DNA of 64,000 nt, from NCBI GenBank assembly GCA_002269645.1, contig NIVC01003775.1:13429-77428 (forward strand), in the 5' to 3' direction. A model generated the notes under the pieces. It was not told where the DNA came from and did not search any database. It was given only the letters and a program-made list of their open reading frames with translations. Below are positions 49,674-59,789 of the stretch, piece by piece (within the stretch, counting starts at the first letter, position 1; every line of letters starts with the position of its first letter). The DNA comes from Macrostomum lignano. Lineage: Eukaryota. The position numbers and the translations under genes were made by a program.

Positions 49674-52019
49674 TCAATCTGTCGGGTGCCTTCCGCGTGC
49701 GCTGGCAGCGATGACCTCTTTCAGGTTGTCCAGGCTCTTCCGTCGGGTTACTTGTGTTCTGGTCAGCAACACCTTGCTGTGACCTCTCCTGAGGCTCGCT
49801 AGTTTCAACGGGAATCCTTGGTTTTGTTGCTCCAGATGATATCGGCTGTGTTTTCCGTCTTCCAATTGTACGCCCACAATTTTCTTACCTTCTCTAGCAA
49901 CGATTTCACCGGGCTTCCATTTCTCGGTTTCGTTCCTGTAGGTCTTTACCCACACCGGTTCTTTGGCCAAGGTCAACGTTGCCGTCCGAAGCAGATGTCC
50001 TCGCATTAACTCTGCAGGTGCCCTTCTTGTCGTGGAGTGACGGGAGTTCCTGTACTGTAGAAGGAAGCGGTCGACACTGGTTTGTAGATCGTCTTCGCCT
50101 CCTGATGCCGCCACATGGTTCTTCAGGTCTCTCACAAACCTTTCGGCAAGGCCGTTTGATCGTGGGTGGTACGGAGGCGTGAGCACGTGTCTGCATCCGT
50201 TTCCTTTGAGCCAGCCCTCCATCTCCACTGAAGTGAATTGTGGACCATTGTCAGTAACCAATGTTGCGGGAACACCTTCTTGCGAGAACGTTCTTTGGAA
50301 ACGTCGGATAGTCTCTGCCGATGTGGTTGACTGCGTAACATGTACTTCTGCCCATTTGCTGTAGGCATCGACTATTACGAGCAGGTACTTGTTGCCCTTA
50401 AACGGTCCAGCGTAGTCTGCGTGCACACGGCACCACTTTTCGCTTTCCTCTGGCCAAGATGCCCATTGGATTGATGCTCCATGGTCTTGATTTGTCTGGC
50501 AAGCGACGCATTGCTTGGTATGCCTAGTGACATCAGCGTCTATTCCTGGCCACCATACGCATTGTCTGGCAATGGATTTCATCTTGTCCGCGCCTATGTG
50601 GCCGTCGTGCAATAGTTGAAGAACTCTTTGTCGCTCCTCCTCCGGGATCAGCAGGCGTATTCCTCTGTAAAGAAGACCGTTCTCGATCACCAGTTCGTCA
50701 CGAGTTCGAGCGTATGTTGGTAGCTCCTTGATTCCTTGGGCTGTCCAGCCATGCTTGACGAGCGCAAACAGCCGTCGCATCTCCTGATCAAGCATTGAAG
50801 TGCGCCTAAGCCGCTGCTTGTCAACTGGTATATCGAGTAGACTGTCCTGAATCGAGTTGACGTCGAATTGCTCGCTCTCCGCGGCACTATTATTCAATCG
50901 AGATAGGGCATCGGCGACAGGGATCTCCTCGGAACGCTTACACTCGATGACGTAATCATACTCCATGAGTGTGATCGCCCATCGCTGTAGCCTAGCAGCA
51001 GCAACCATAGACAAGGCCTTTCCAGGGTTGAACAAAAATTTCAGTGGGTGATGGTCCGTCCTGAGCACGAACTTGCGTCCTAGCAGATATTTGTGGAGGC
51101 GTTTAACCGCCCAGACTATGGCTAGCGCCTCTCTTTCGATCTGTGCATAATTTCTCTCAGCCTGTGTCAACGTCTTGGAGATAAATAGAACAGGACCGGA
51201 CGACTGCTCCAACACGGCTCCCAGTCCCACCGGTGATGCATCAGTCGTAAGTATAATATTGTCAGCTGGATCGAATGACTTTAGAAGTCCGGCGTTGAGC
51301 AATCTTTCCTTGATTGTGTTAAAGGCCTTCTGTTCTTGCCTTCCCCAGGTCCATCGCACACCTGACCTGGTTAGATTGGTCAATGACTCTTTCAACGTAG
51401 CCAAGTTAGGAATGCATCGTCCATAGAAATCGACCATTCCCAAGAACGCCTGTAGTTGTTTGAGGTCGCTTGGCTCTTTCAATCCGGCAATGGCTTCCAC
51501 TTTCTCCTTTAGAGGGCGAATTCCATCAGCACTGATCTCGTAGCCCAAAAATCGTATTGACGACTTGTTTAGTACAGACTTGTCAGCATTTATGCAAAGT
51601 CCATTGTTTTCCAGGATCTTCATTACAGTGTTGAGCCTTTTGTCATGATCAGTCTGACCTTGGCCCCAGATGAGGATATCGTCCTGGTAGGATATCACGC
51701 CGTCGAGGTTTAGCAGGAGTTTATCCATATGTGACTGGAAGATAGCGGGTGCTTGTTTTACCCCAAAAGCCAGTGCGGTTGGACGAAACAGGCCAAAGGG
51801 TGTGCTCCAAGTTTGCATCTGACTTGTCTCGGCGTCGACTGATACCTGCAAGTATGCGTTTGTGAGATCTAGCGTGGAGAATTTCCGGGCTCGACCCAAT
51901 CTGGACATCACTTCATCAATTGATGGCGTCGTCGACACCATGTCTTCCAAGACTGGGTTCAGTGTTATCTTATAGTCGCCACAAATCCTGATACTACCAG
52001 ATTGCTTTCTGACACACAC
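49674..52019 (-). CDS. pol (RT-RNaseH-integrase) of Mag-like element
   Basis: Uninterrupted 781-aa ORF: RICGDYK, LDLTNAYLQ, YQDDI, TDASPVGLG, EREALA, TDHHPL, LHDGHIG..CVAC, ADYAGP, TDNGPQF, AERF. Confidence 0.92.
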   Translation of the reverse strand: MCVRKQSGSIRICGDYKITLNPVLEDMVSTTPSIDEVMSRLGRARKFSTLDLTNAYLQVSVDAETSQMQTWSTPFGLFRPTALAFGVKQAPAIFQSHMDKLLLNLDGVISYQDDILIWGQGQTDHDKRLNTVMKILENNGLCINADKSVLNKSSIRFLGYEISADGIRPLKEKVEAIAGLKEPSDLKQLQAFLGMVDFYGRCIPNLATLKESLTNLTRSGVRWTWGRQEQKAFNTIKERLLNAGLLKSFDPADNIILTTDASPVGLGAVLEQSSGPVLFISKTLTQAERNYAQIEREALAIVWAVKRLHKYLLGRKFVLRTDHHPLKFLFNPGKALSMVAAARLQRWAITLMEYDYVIECKRSEEIPVADALSRLNNSAAESEQFDVNSIQDSLLDIPVDKQRLRRTSMLDQEMRRLFALVKHGWTAQGIKELPTYARTRDELVIENGLLYRGIRLLIPEEERQRVLQLLHDGHIGADKMKSIARQCVWWPGIDADVTRHTKQCVACQTNQDHGASIQWASWPEESEKWCRVHADYAGPFKGNKYLLVIVDAYSKWAEVHVTQSTTSAETIRRFQRTFSQEGVPATLVTDNGPQFTSVEMEGWLKGNGCRHVLTPPYHPRSNGLAERFVRDLKNHVAASGGEDDLQTSVDRFLLQYRNSRHSTTRRAPAELMRGHLLRTATLTLAKEPVWVKTYRNETEKWKPGEIVAREGKKIVGVQLEDGKHSRYHLEQQNQGFPLKLASLRRGHSKVLLTRTQVTRRKSLDNLKEVIAASARGRHPTD

Positions 52020-52039
52020 TATAGGCGTGGCCCATTCGC

Positions 52040-53444
52040 TTAATTCTCTAACTGTCCTTCAGATTCCATTCTTCGTAGCTCATTCTTTACGTCTTCTTGA
52101 ATACCATAGGGAATCGGTCTTGGCTTGCAGAAAACAGGTTTTGCGCCTGGCCTGATCGATGGTGACACCTTCACGGTGTCGACTGGAGACATGCGACTTG
52201 ATTGCCGTTCTTCAGTAGTGTCAGCATTACCACCTTGGGTTATGGCGACATAAAGCTCCGGCTCCAGCTCTGCAATCCAGTCCAAACCATATATGGGCTC
52301 CACATCTCTGTGGTCAACGACAAACAATGGCAGGTTTGCTACTGCGCCGCCACGCTCTACTCTGACAGTAACTTCTAAAACACGCACCGGATCTCCTTGG
52401 TATGCTGTAAATCGTCGGGCTGTCGGTCTTAAATTGGATTTCAACGGAAGGCCTTGATACACCTTTAGCGATACAAATGATGAGACGGATCCCGTGTCCA
52501 TAATCATATGAAGATTGGCCCCATTGACCAGCAGAAGCCTTGTTATCCTGCGCCTGCTGGGCTCCTCACAGCTGCCATTTACGGAGAAGATGCTGTCCTG
52601 TGCTCCTACAGGTCCTGAAGAATCTTTCTGCGGTTCGATCGCTCTCACCTTGACAGTCTGTCTTGACCCTTGAGCAGGTCTTGATGGATTAGACTTACAC
52701 ACAGCTTTCAGGTGGCCAGTCTTTCCGCAATTCAGGCAGGTCTTAGAACGGTGCTGGCAGACGTCCTTGCGGTGTCCATCCTTGCCACAGCAGAAACATT
52801 TTGTTTGGTCGCGATGGCTTTTTGATTCCACTTGCCGTAACCGGCTGGCTGCCACGCTTTGCGATCGTTCTGTCGAGTCTCTGGCAAACGCGGTCGATCC
52901 GTCCTATTGACCGATAAGATTTCGCTGCTGCTCATCTGTTTTTCGCCTCGCCTGCGCTTGCGCTTGCCATGGACGTCACCCTCTCCCAGGTGAGGTCTGC
53001 AAGTTTTTCAGTTAGCAGTTTCCTCACAATGTCTTTGTTAGACAGACCAAACACAAACTGGTCGCGCAACCTGTTGTTTAGGTCCGTGAATTCACAGTTG
53101 TCCGCGGCTTGTCGAAGTCTCCTAGCATAGGCCGACGTGTCTTCTCCGCTTTCTTGCTTCATGTGGTGGAAAGCGTATCTATAGGCCAGTCCCGACTTCG
53201 ATGCTTTCGTTTCGTTTGTTAGTAGCGTCTTCAGCTGATCGAAGGTCTTTTCCTCTGGTTTTGCTGGCAGTACAGCGTCAGCCAAAAAGTTGAACGCCTT
53301 CTTCCCCAGTTGTGCTATAAACGCGTACTTCAGCACGTCGTCGTTCCACTTGTTAACTTTGGCTATAGCCTCGAATCGCTGTAGCCATCTGCTGACCTCG
53401 GCAGGCACGTCTGTCTCCAGGGGTTCGATTGGAATCGTCGCCAT
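52040..53444 (-). pseudogene. gag-protease of Mag-like element, with apparent frameshifts
   Basis: MATIPIEPL...WLQRFE...LRDQFVFGL, then CFCCGKDGH / CLNCGKTGHL and MDTGS. The frame changes near 52940, ~52830 and ~52035. Confidence 0.85.
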
Positions 53445-53455
53445 CCTCGTCACCA
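53441..53455 (-). other. Primer-binding site, tRNA-Ser(GCT)-type
   Basis: TGGTGACGAGGATGG versus expected TGGCGACGAGGATGG (14 of 15, with a G-T wobble). Confidence 0.7.
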
Positions 53456-53456
53456 G

Positions 53457-53670
53457 TGTTGATTCTGAAGGCACAGACACTATAACACCAATTTTGATGT
53501 AGCCTATAGCTAACTCGGTAATTTCTTAAGTGCTCCAGTTGAGCAGCTCTCACTATCACTTTTTATTTATTGTGGCCTTAGAACGAGGCACCGCTCATTC
53601 AAGTTGTACTGTAATGCTAGTGGCGGTCATGCCATAGATAAAAGTCTATATCAAATTAATACATCTAACA
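53457..53670 (-). repeat. 5' LTR of Mag-like element
   Basis: 214 bp, near-identical to 49383-49595. Confidence 0.95.
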
Positions 53671-54022
53671 GCTACCATTTCAAGTCATGACCTCATTTGA
53701 CCCCAAGAGTCATGGGCTACTGATCTACTTCACAATGACCTCATTTGACCCCAGGAGTCGTAGGCTATACTATTATTCCACCTCAAAATGACCTCATTAG
53801 ACCCCAAAAGTTGTAGTGACCTCATTTGACCCCAAAAGTTGTAGTGACCTCATTTGACCCCAAAAGTTGTAGTGACCTCATTTGACTCCAGGAGTGGCAG
53901 TGACCTCATTTGACCCCAAGAGTGGTAGTGACCTCATTTGACCCCAGGAGTGGCAGTGACCTCATTTGACCCCAGGAGTCATAGGCTACAATTCCACCTC
54001 ACAATGACCTCACTTGACCCCA
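53671..54022. repeat. TGACCTCATTTGACCC minisatellite, right part
   Basis: ~50-bp units, then ~29-bp units GTGACCTCATTTGACCCCA..AGT.GTA. Confidence 0.9.
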
Positions 54023-54044
54023 CTATCTATTCCAAAGCACCAAC

Positions 54045-54944
54045 CTGGCAGGCATCTGAGCCAGCAGCAGTCCAGCGCTTTGCCAATCCAATTTGTCAAC
54101 TTCGTCCTCATCAGCATCCTCAGACTCTTCGCCACCACCTTCGTCGTCTTCCTCGCCGTCGCCGCCATCGTCGGCATCAAGAAACGCGTCCTGCTCAGCC
54201 TCCAATCGGGCCCTCTTCGCTGCAGCGCCACCGTCATTCTGCCTATTGGAATGCGGCTTGGACTTCGACGACAGAATGAAGCCAGAGGACAACCCGGCAG
54301 TTCTTGGCGGCATCACCGGAGCCGGCAGGTCAACCGGGCACAGCAGCAGCTGCAAGGCGCAGCAGTTCACCGCATGGGAGCAGCTTGAAGGCCACTCGTG
54401 ACCGAACCAGTCCAGCTGAGGGAAGCCCCGCCGGCCGTGGCTGCTCAGGGCGAGCGACAGGCGGTTCAGCGCCGCCTCAGGCGGGCCGATGCAGCTGAGC
54501 CAATCGGAGGAGCTGGCCTGAGCAGCTGGGGCCGGCGGGCTGGGAGAAGCCAGCAGGGATTTGAAGAACGGCAGGCAGTCAGACGGCAGGTAGGCCCCAT
54601 CAGCGGCAGCCTCCATTCGAGGCGCTAAAAGTGCAGCGGCCAAGTAGAGCCGGAGAGGCGCTGGCGGGTCGTAAACAGACAGCAGGCTGATCAGACAGGT
54701 GCCAGGCGCTGGCATATGGCGCAGGAATGGCGCCAGAGTGGCGCTCAACAAGGCGCAAGAGTCTGGCGGCTGCAGTTGAACCAGCCTAGCAAGCGCCGTG
54801 TCCATCAGCAGGGCAACGCGGATGGCGGCATGGGAGTACAGACTGGCTGAGCTACTGCTGCCGCCTGGGGTGTCGTCATAGACTTGGCGCAGCTGTGACA
54901 CCAGCGCTGACAGGCTGCCGTTGGCGCCACCGCTTGGCGGGAAG
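54045..54944 (-). CDS. MED23: Mediator subunit 23, 900-nt exon
   Basis: cccgcag|C ... GCC AG|gttggt; LYSHAAIRVALLMDTALARLVQL and FPQLDWFGHEWPSSCSHAV correspond to YFGNVCLRFLPVFDIVIHRFLEL and FPNCDWRFNEFPNPAAHAL. Confidence 0.87.
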
Positions 54945-55134
54945 CTGCGGGCGGTTGGGAGCAGAAGGGGGGTTGAGCGGGTTGCAATCTGTCATCAAGT
55001 CAGCCTGAGTCTTTGATTTATGATAAGGTTACATGTTATTAGGCTAGGCTAATGACCTTATAGACTGCCAGGGTCAAATTGGCGTCATATTAGCATGCAA
55101 TCATTATCAGCTTAGAGATCTAATCAACTAGATA

Positions 55135-56640
55135 TGTTTAGGGTCATAAGGGTTGATTAGGGTCACGAGATATCAGATTAGGGTCACGAGATATCAGATT
55201 ACGGTCATGAGAAATCAGATTAGGGTCATGAGGTATCATTTAGGGTCATGAGGTATCATTTAGGTTCATGAGGTATTATTTAGGGTCATGAGGTATTATT
55301 TAGGGTCATGAGGTATCATTTAGGGTCATGAGGTATCATTTAGGGTCATGAGGCATCATTAGGGTCATTAGGTATCATTTAGGTTCATGAGGTATCATTT
55401 AGGTTCATGAGGTATCATTTAGGTTCATGAGGTATTATTTAGGGTCATGAGGTATCATTTAGGTTCATGAGGTACTTTTTAAGGTCATGAGGTATCATTT
55501 AGGGTCATGAGGTATCATTTAGGGTCATGAGGCATCATTTAGGGTCATTAGGTATCATTTAGGTTCATGAGGTATCATTTAGGTTCATGAGGTATCATTT
55601 AGGTTCATGAGGTATTATTTAGGGTCATGAGGTATCATTTAGGTTCATGAGGTACTTTTTAGGGTCATGAGGTATCATTTAGAGTCATGAAGCATCATTA
55701 AGGGTCATGAGGCATCATTTAGGGTCATGAGGCATTACTTAGGGTCATGAGGTATCATTTAGGTTCATGAGGTATTATTTAGGTTCATGAGGTATTATTT
55801 AGGGTCATGAGATATCATTTAGGTTCATGAGGTATCATTTAGGTTCATGAGGTATTATTTAGGTTCATGAGGTATTATTTAGGTTCATGAGGTATCATTT
55901 AGGGTCATGAGGTATCATTTAGGTTCATGAGGTATTATTTAGGGTCATGAGGTATCATTTGTTAAAGATGTTATAAGTAATCGTTTATCTTAAAATAGTC
56001 AACTTTATATTTATAGTAAGTGAATCCAAGTTTTCCTTCTAGAATTTTCTATAACAGACTTTTTAGTTATATCTATGGTTTTCGACTCCCTTACCTGTAC
56101 CACTAAGTTTTGTTTGAGCTACGCCAGTGCTAAATTCCATGTTAACCCTTTCTTTTGCTATCTTTCTCAAAACTCAATAAACGCCGATTCATTATAACTT
56201 AACAAGGCTTTCTTAATATCATTTAGGGTCATGAGGCATCATTTAGGGTCATTAGGTACCATTTAGGTTCTTGAGGTATCATTTAGGGTCATGAGGTATT
56301 ATTTAGGGTCATGAGGTATCATTCAAGGTCATGGGGTATCATTTAGGGTCATGAGGTATCATTTAGGGTCATGAGGTATCATTTAGGGTCATGGGGTATC
56401 ATTCAAGGTCATGGAGTATCATTTAGGGTCATGAGGTATCATTTAGGGTCATGAGGTATCATTTAGGCTTTTGAGGTATCATTTAGGGTCATGAGATATC
56501 ATTTAAGGTCATGAGGTATCATTTAAGGTTATGAGGTATTATTTAGGGTCATGAGGTATCATTTAGGGTCACGATGCATCATTTATGGTCATGAGGTATC
56601 ATTCAAGGTCATAAGGTAACATTTAGGGTCACGAGGTATC
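55135..56640. repeat. 20-bp intronic minisatellite interrupted by a unique insert
   Basis: ATTTAGG(G/T)TCATGAGGTAT(C/T) at 55135-55959 and 56218-56640. Confidence 0.95.
55960..56204 (+). mobile_element. Solo-LTR-like insert (245 bp)
   Basis: Begins TGTTAA, ends TTAACA, with AATAAA at 56176-56181. No clear TSD. Confidence 0.45.
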
Positions 56641-56709
56641 AGCTTAGCTGGATAAGCATCAGCTTGGTCATGAGCTATCTGAGCAAGCTCATGCCAGCAG
56701 TAAAGCTAC

Positions 56710-57257
56710 CTGTTGAGCACAGGCACGAGGCCAGCCATGGGGCTGTTAGGAGTGTCAGCCGACAGCAGATGCCGCAGAACTCGAAACGCAGCCAACTCCA
56801 GCCGACGCTCAGCAAAAGGCCGCATCAGCAGCACCAGCAGCAGCCGGTGCAACGGGAGCAGCCGGTGGGTGTACACCAGACTAGTCACGTGATGCAGAGC
56901 CGAAACCTCGGCATTGTCGGCCGCGCTAGCGACTTCCCTGGTGAGCAGGTCGCAGAAGATGCGCAGATGCGGCAGGGCGCCCTTTGGCCCGAGGCTCTCC
57001 TGGACTCGGGCGAACAGCTGGGCCGCTGGAAGGTCACCGCCACGCTCCCGCAGGCAGCTGAGCGCCACCCAGTACAGGCAGCCAGCTGAGGGGTCGCTTA
57101 GCTGGGCCTCATCGCACTGGCCCTCCTGCAGGATGCGCTGGCTCAGGCGGGTGGCCAGCTCGGCTGAGCCGGTCAGCTGATGCGACTGACGCTCAGCTGA
57201 GGGCACCGAGATTCTGTCCGGGCTGGCCAACAGGCGCGGCTGCATGGAGATCGGCAC
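56710..57257 (-). CDS. MED23: Mediator subunit 23, exon
   Basis: ccccag|GTG ... AAC AG|gtagct; VQESLGPKGALPHLRIFCDLL and LHRLLLVLLMR correspond to LERIGARALVAHVRTFADFL and LDRLILCLAMR. Confidence 0.87.
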
Positions 57258-57294
57258 CTGGGGTGGGTGGAGAATGAGGAATGTGAAGGTTCTG

Positions 57295-58005
57295 GGATTT
57301 GAGACTATGGGATATGGGATTTGAAGCTATGTGATATGGGATTTGAGGCTATGGGATATGGGATTTGAAGCTATGTGATATGGGATTTGGGGCTATGGGA
57401 TATGGGATTTGAGGCTATGGGATATGGGATTTGAGGCTATGGGATATGGGATTTGAGGCTATGGGATATGGGATTTGAAGCTATGTGATATGGGATTTGA
57501 GGCTATGGGATATGGGATTTGAAGCTATGTGATATGGGATTTGGGGCTATGGGATATGGGATTTGAGGCTATGGGATATGGGATTTGAGGCTATGGGATA
57601 TGGGATTTGAGGCTATGGGATATGGGATTTGAGGCTATGGGATATGGGATTTGAAGCTATGGGATATGGGATTTGAGGCTATGGGATATGGGATTTGAAG
57701 CTATGGGATAGGGGATTTGAGGCTATGTGATATGGGATTTGAGGCTATGGGATATGGGATTGAGGCTATGGGATATGGGATTTGAAGCTATGGGATATGG
57801 GATTGAGGCTATGGAAAATGGGATTGAGGCTATGGGATATGGGATTTGAGGCTATAGGATATGGGATTAGAGGCTATAGGATATAATATTTAAGGTTATG
57901 GGATATGGGATTAGAGGCTATAGGATATAAGATTTAAGGTTATGGGATATGGGATTTAAAGCTATGTGATATATGATTTTAGGTTATGGGATATGGGATT
58001 TGAGG
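57295..58005. repeat. 22-bp intronic minisatellite
   Basis: GGGATTTGA(G/A)GCTATG(G/T)GATAT. Confidence 0.95.
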
Positions 58006-58007
58006 CA

Positions 58008-58070
58008 TGTGTCCTTGAGCAAGACACTCTTAACTCTGCACTGCTTCAGTTCACCCAGCTGTAGAATGGG
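58008..58070 (+). mobile_element. CORE-SINE central domain fragment
   Basis: TGTGTCCTTGAGCAAGACACTCTTAACTCTGCACTGCTTCAGTTCACCCAGCTGTAGAATGGG aligns by eye with the MIR/CORE consensus TGTGACCTTGGGCAAGTCACTTAACCTCTCTGTGCCTCAGTTTCCTCATCTGTAAAATGGG. No tRNA head is visible. Confidence 0.7.
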
Positions 58071-58258
58071 TGCCATGGGTGCCCTAACCCCCCAGTCCTT
58101 AGACTGAACAGTCGTATGCAGCCTTCAGTTACGCCGCGCAATCGAAGTAATCAATTATACTGTGAATTATTACTGGGATTAAGCACAAAATGATTTACGA
58201 GTACTATTTGTTAGCAAGATATGAATACTTAGAGATGCTATAAAAGTTCATCTTGTAC

Positions 58259-58444
58259 CAGGCATGCAGCCGAGCATTTCTGAAACAGCGGCTGAACAAA
58301 GTCGGATAGCAGCAGGCCGTCAGGATCTGCTTGCTGGTGAATCAGCTGGTGATTGATCTGCAGCAGTAGGTATTTATTCAGCTCCTCCTGGTCGCTGCCG
58401 CAGATCCAAGCCACGTACAGCTTCTTCACGTGGTTGTTGGTGAC
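58259..58444 (-). CDS. MED23: Mediator subunit 23, exon
   Basis: ccccag|GTC ... CTG|gtacaa; 62 codons, phase 0 at both ends, fitting the neighbouring exons. Sequence is divergent. Confidence 0.75.
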
Positions 58445-58554
58445 CTGGGGGGGATTGTACTAATAAGTATAACTGCATTGTACCCATTGCCTACCTGCCT
58501 ACTAATGGTATTTACTAGTCTATCTACTACCCATTATACCCCTAATAGAACTAT

Positions 58555-59130
58555 AATTATCCCTAATCTACCCATGATATCTCTAATCTACCCATGATAT
58601 CTCTAATCTACCCATGATATCTCTAATCTATCCATGATATCTCTAATCTACCCATGATATCTCTAATCTACCCATGACATCCCTAATCTACCCATTATAT
58701 ACCTAATCTACCCATTATATACCTAATCTACTCATTATATCCCTAATCTACCCACTATATCCCCAATCTACCTATTATATCCCTAAGCTACACACTATAT
58801 ACCAAATCTACTCATTATATCCCTAAGCTACCCACTATATACCAAATCTACCCATTATATACCTAATCTACCCATTATATACCTAATCTACCCATTATAT
58901 ACCTAATCTACCCATTATATACCTAATCTTCCCATTATATCCCTAATCTACCCATTATATCCCTAATCTACCCTTTATATACCTAATCTACCCATCATAT
59001 CCCTAAGCTACCCATTATATCCCTAAGCTACCCATTATATCCCTAAGCTACCCATTATATCCCTAAGCTACCCATTATATACCTAATCTACCCATTATAT
59101 ACCAAATCTACCCATTATATACCTAATCTA
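58555..59130. repeat. 20-bp intronic minisatellite
   Basis: CCCATTATAT(A/C)CCTAA(T/G)CTA. Confidence 0.95.
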
Positions 59131-59147
59131 CCCAGCCCACAACCAAC

Positions 59148-59594
59148 CTGCAGAGCGGGAGTGAGCAAGGCTTGAGCCTGCCTATACAAGCACAGCTCAG
59201 TGTCCAGCCCCAGCCGGTTAGCCTTGGCCAGAGTGACCAGGTTCTGCAGCAACAGGTGCCTCTGCATGGGTTCAACGCTGTTCAAGTGATACGTGGCCAG
59301 CTCGAACACAAAGGCCAACACTCTGCTTCCACCAGTGTTGCCAGCCTTAGTGAAGGCCTCCGTGAGTACAGATTTAGGCTGCAAATTCAAATCGTGATGC
59401 ATGAGCACAGTGATCCTGGCGTACGTGTCCAGCACCACGGGACTGTCGGCATGGGTTGACAGCAGGTTGTACAGCAGACTGTTGATAGCCAGCAGTGACA
59501 TTGTGGCTAACTGGCGTAGGCTGGAGTAAGATGGAGCAATGGCGTCTGATTGTTTGAGCGCTTCTACCAGCTTGGAGTTGAGCGGGCTGACCAC
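59148..59594 (-). CDS. MED23: Mediator subunit 23, exon
   Basis: cgcag|GTG ... CAG|gttggt; VLDTYARITV, VFELATYHLNSVEPMQRHLLL correspond to LVETYSRLLV, LLEMFSYRMHHIQPHYRVQLL. Confidence 0.9.
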
Positions 59595-59789
59595 CTGCGG
59601 GTCATAGGGTCATGGTCTATGATTGTGCGATCATACACTTTTCGGAACTTTGGATGAATGATTTTGGAATCATGCGATATTAACATAGGGTCATGGAATA
59701 ACGGAGATCAGTAAGGGACTTCCAAAAATGCGATTGAGAATGAGAATAGGATCATGTGACCCTGCAGAATATAATTATGGGATCATAAG

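Larger units (their letters stand above)
49383..53670 (-). mobile_element. Young Ty3/Gypsy (Mag-like) LTR retrotransposon inside a MED23 intron
   Basis: LTRs 49383-49595 and 53457-53670 differ by 3 substitutions and 1 indel; perfect TSD GCTAC; PBS 53441-53455; PPT GGGAAGGAG (49596-49604); gag with two CCHC knuckles, then PR-RT-RH-INT. Confidence 0.97.
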
